Assembly: GCA_013265495.1 (NCBI GenBank)
Contig: MU058065.1
Span: 1,325,527 to 1,389,526 of the forward strand
Source: Vicugna vicugna
Taxonomy: Eukaryota
Length of the DNA stretch: 64,000 nt
Direction: 5' to 3'
The notes below the pieces were generated by a model that saw only the letters and a list, made by a program, of their open reading frames with translations, made no database searches and was not told the origin of the DNA. The translations under genes and the position numbers were made by a program. Positions 63,821-64,000 of this stretch are shown piece after piece (the first letter of the stretch is position 1; each line of letters starts with the position of its first letter).

Positions 63821-64000
63821 CAATAGAGTATTGTTAACTATAATCCCCGTACCCTATCTTAGTTCCCCAGAACTTGTTTAGGTATAACTGGAAGTTTGTT
63901 CCACTTGAGCAATACCTCCCCATTTCCCCTACCCCTCAGACCCTGGCAACCACCAATCCTCTCCATTTCAATGAGTTAGGCTTTGTTAATTGCACATATA
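63821..64000 (-). mobile_element. L1 3' UTR (L1MA-type), runs off the window end
   Basis: TATTGTTAACTATAATC...CCCCAGAACTTG...CCTGGCAACCACC. Confidence 0.85.

Noticed and set aside
1..64000. CRISPR array, operon or other prokaryote-type system
   Set aside because: The sequence is mammalian; no repeat-spacer array or long ORFs, and the tandem repeats are simple two-copy duplications

Overview
Mammalian, AT-rich, CpG-poor, repeat-dense non-coding DNA (gene desert or large intron). It is most likely from a camelid: two tRNA-derived SINEs resemble the camelid Vic-1 type, and several short L1 3' ends are of the cetartiodactyl type. I recognise no protein-coding gene, RNA gene or CpG island, and the listed ORFs are mostly repeat-derived or chance. 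The window holds L1, L2, MIR, MaLR/ERVL/ERV1 solo LTRs, hAT DNA transposon relics and microsatellites. The best-supported oddities are a perfect 25-bp copy of LTR sequence 2.8 kb away, a young-looking solo LTR with a duplicated CCAAT+octamer module, two L1s with twin-priming 5' inversions and several recent tandem duplications. More speculative are two enhancer-like motif clusters and some exon-like segments, mostly on the minus strand. Repeat family names come from recalled consensus similarity, not a database search, and boundaries without TSDs are approximate. I found no convincing novel multi-gene system.
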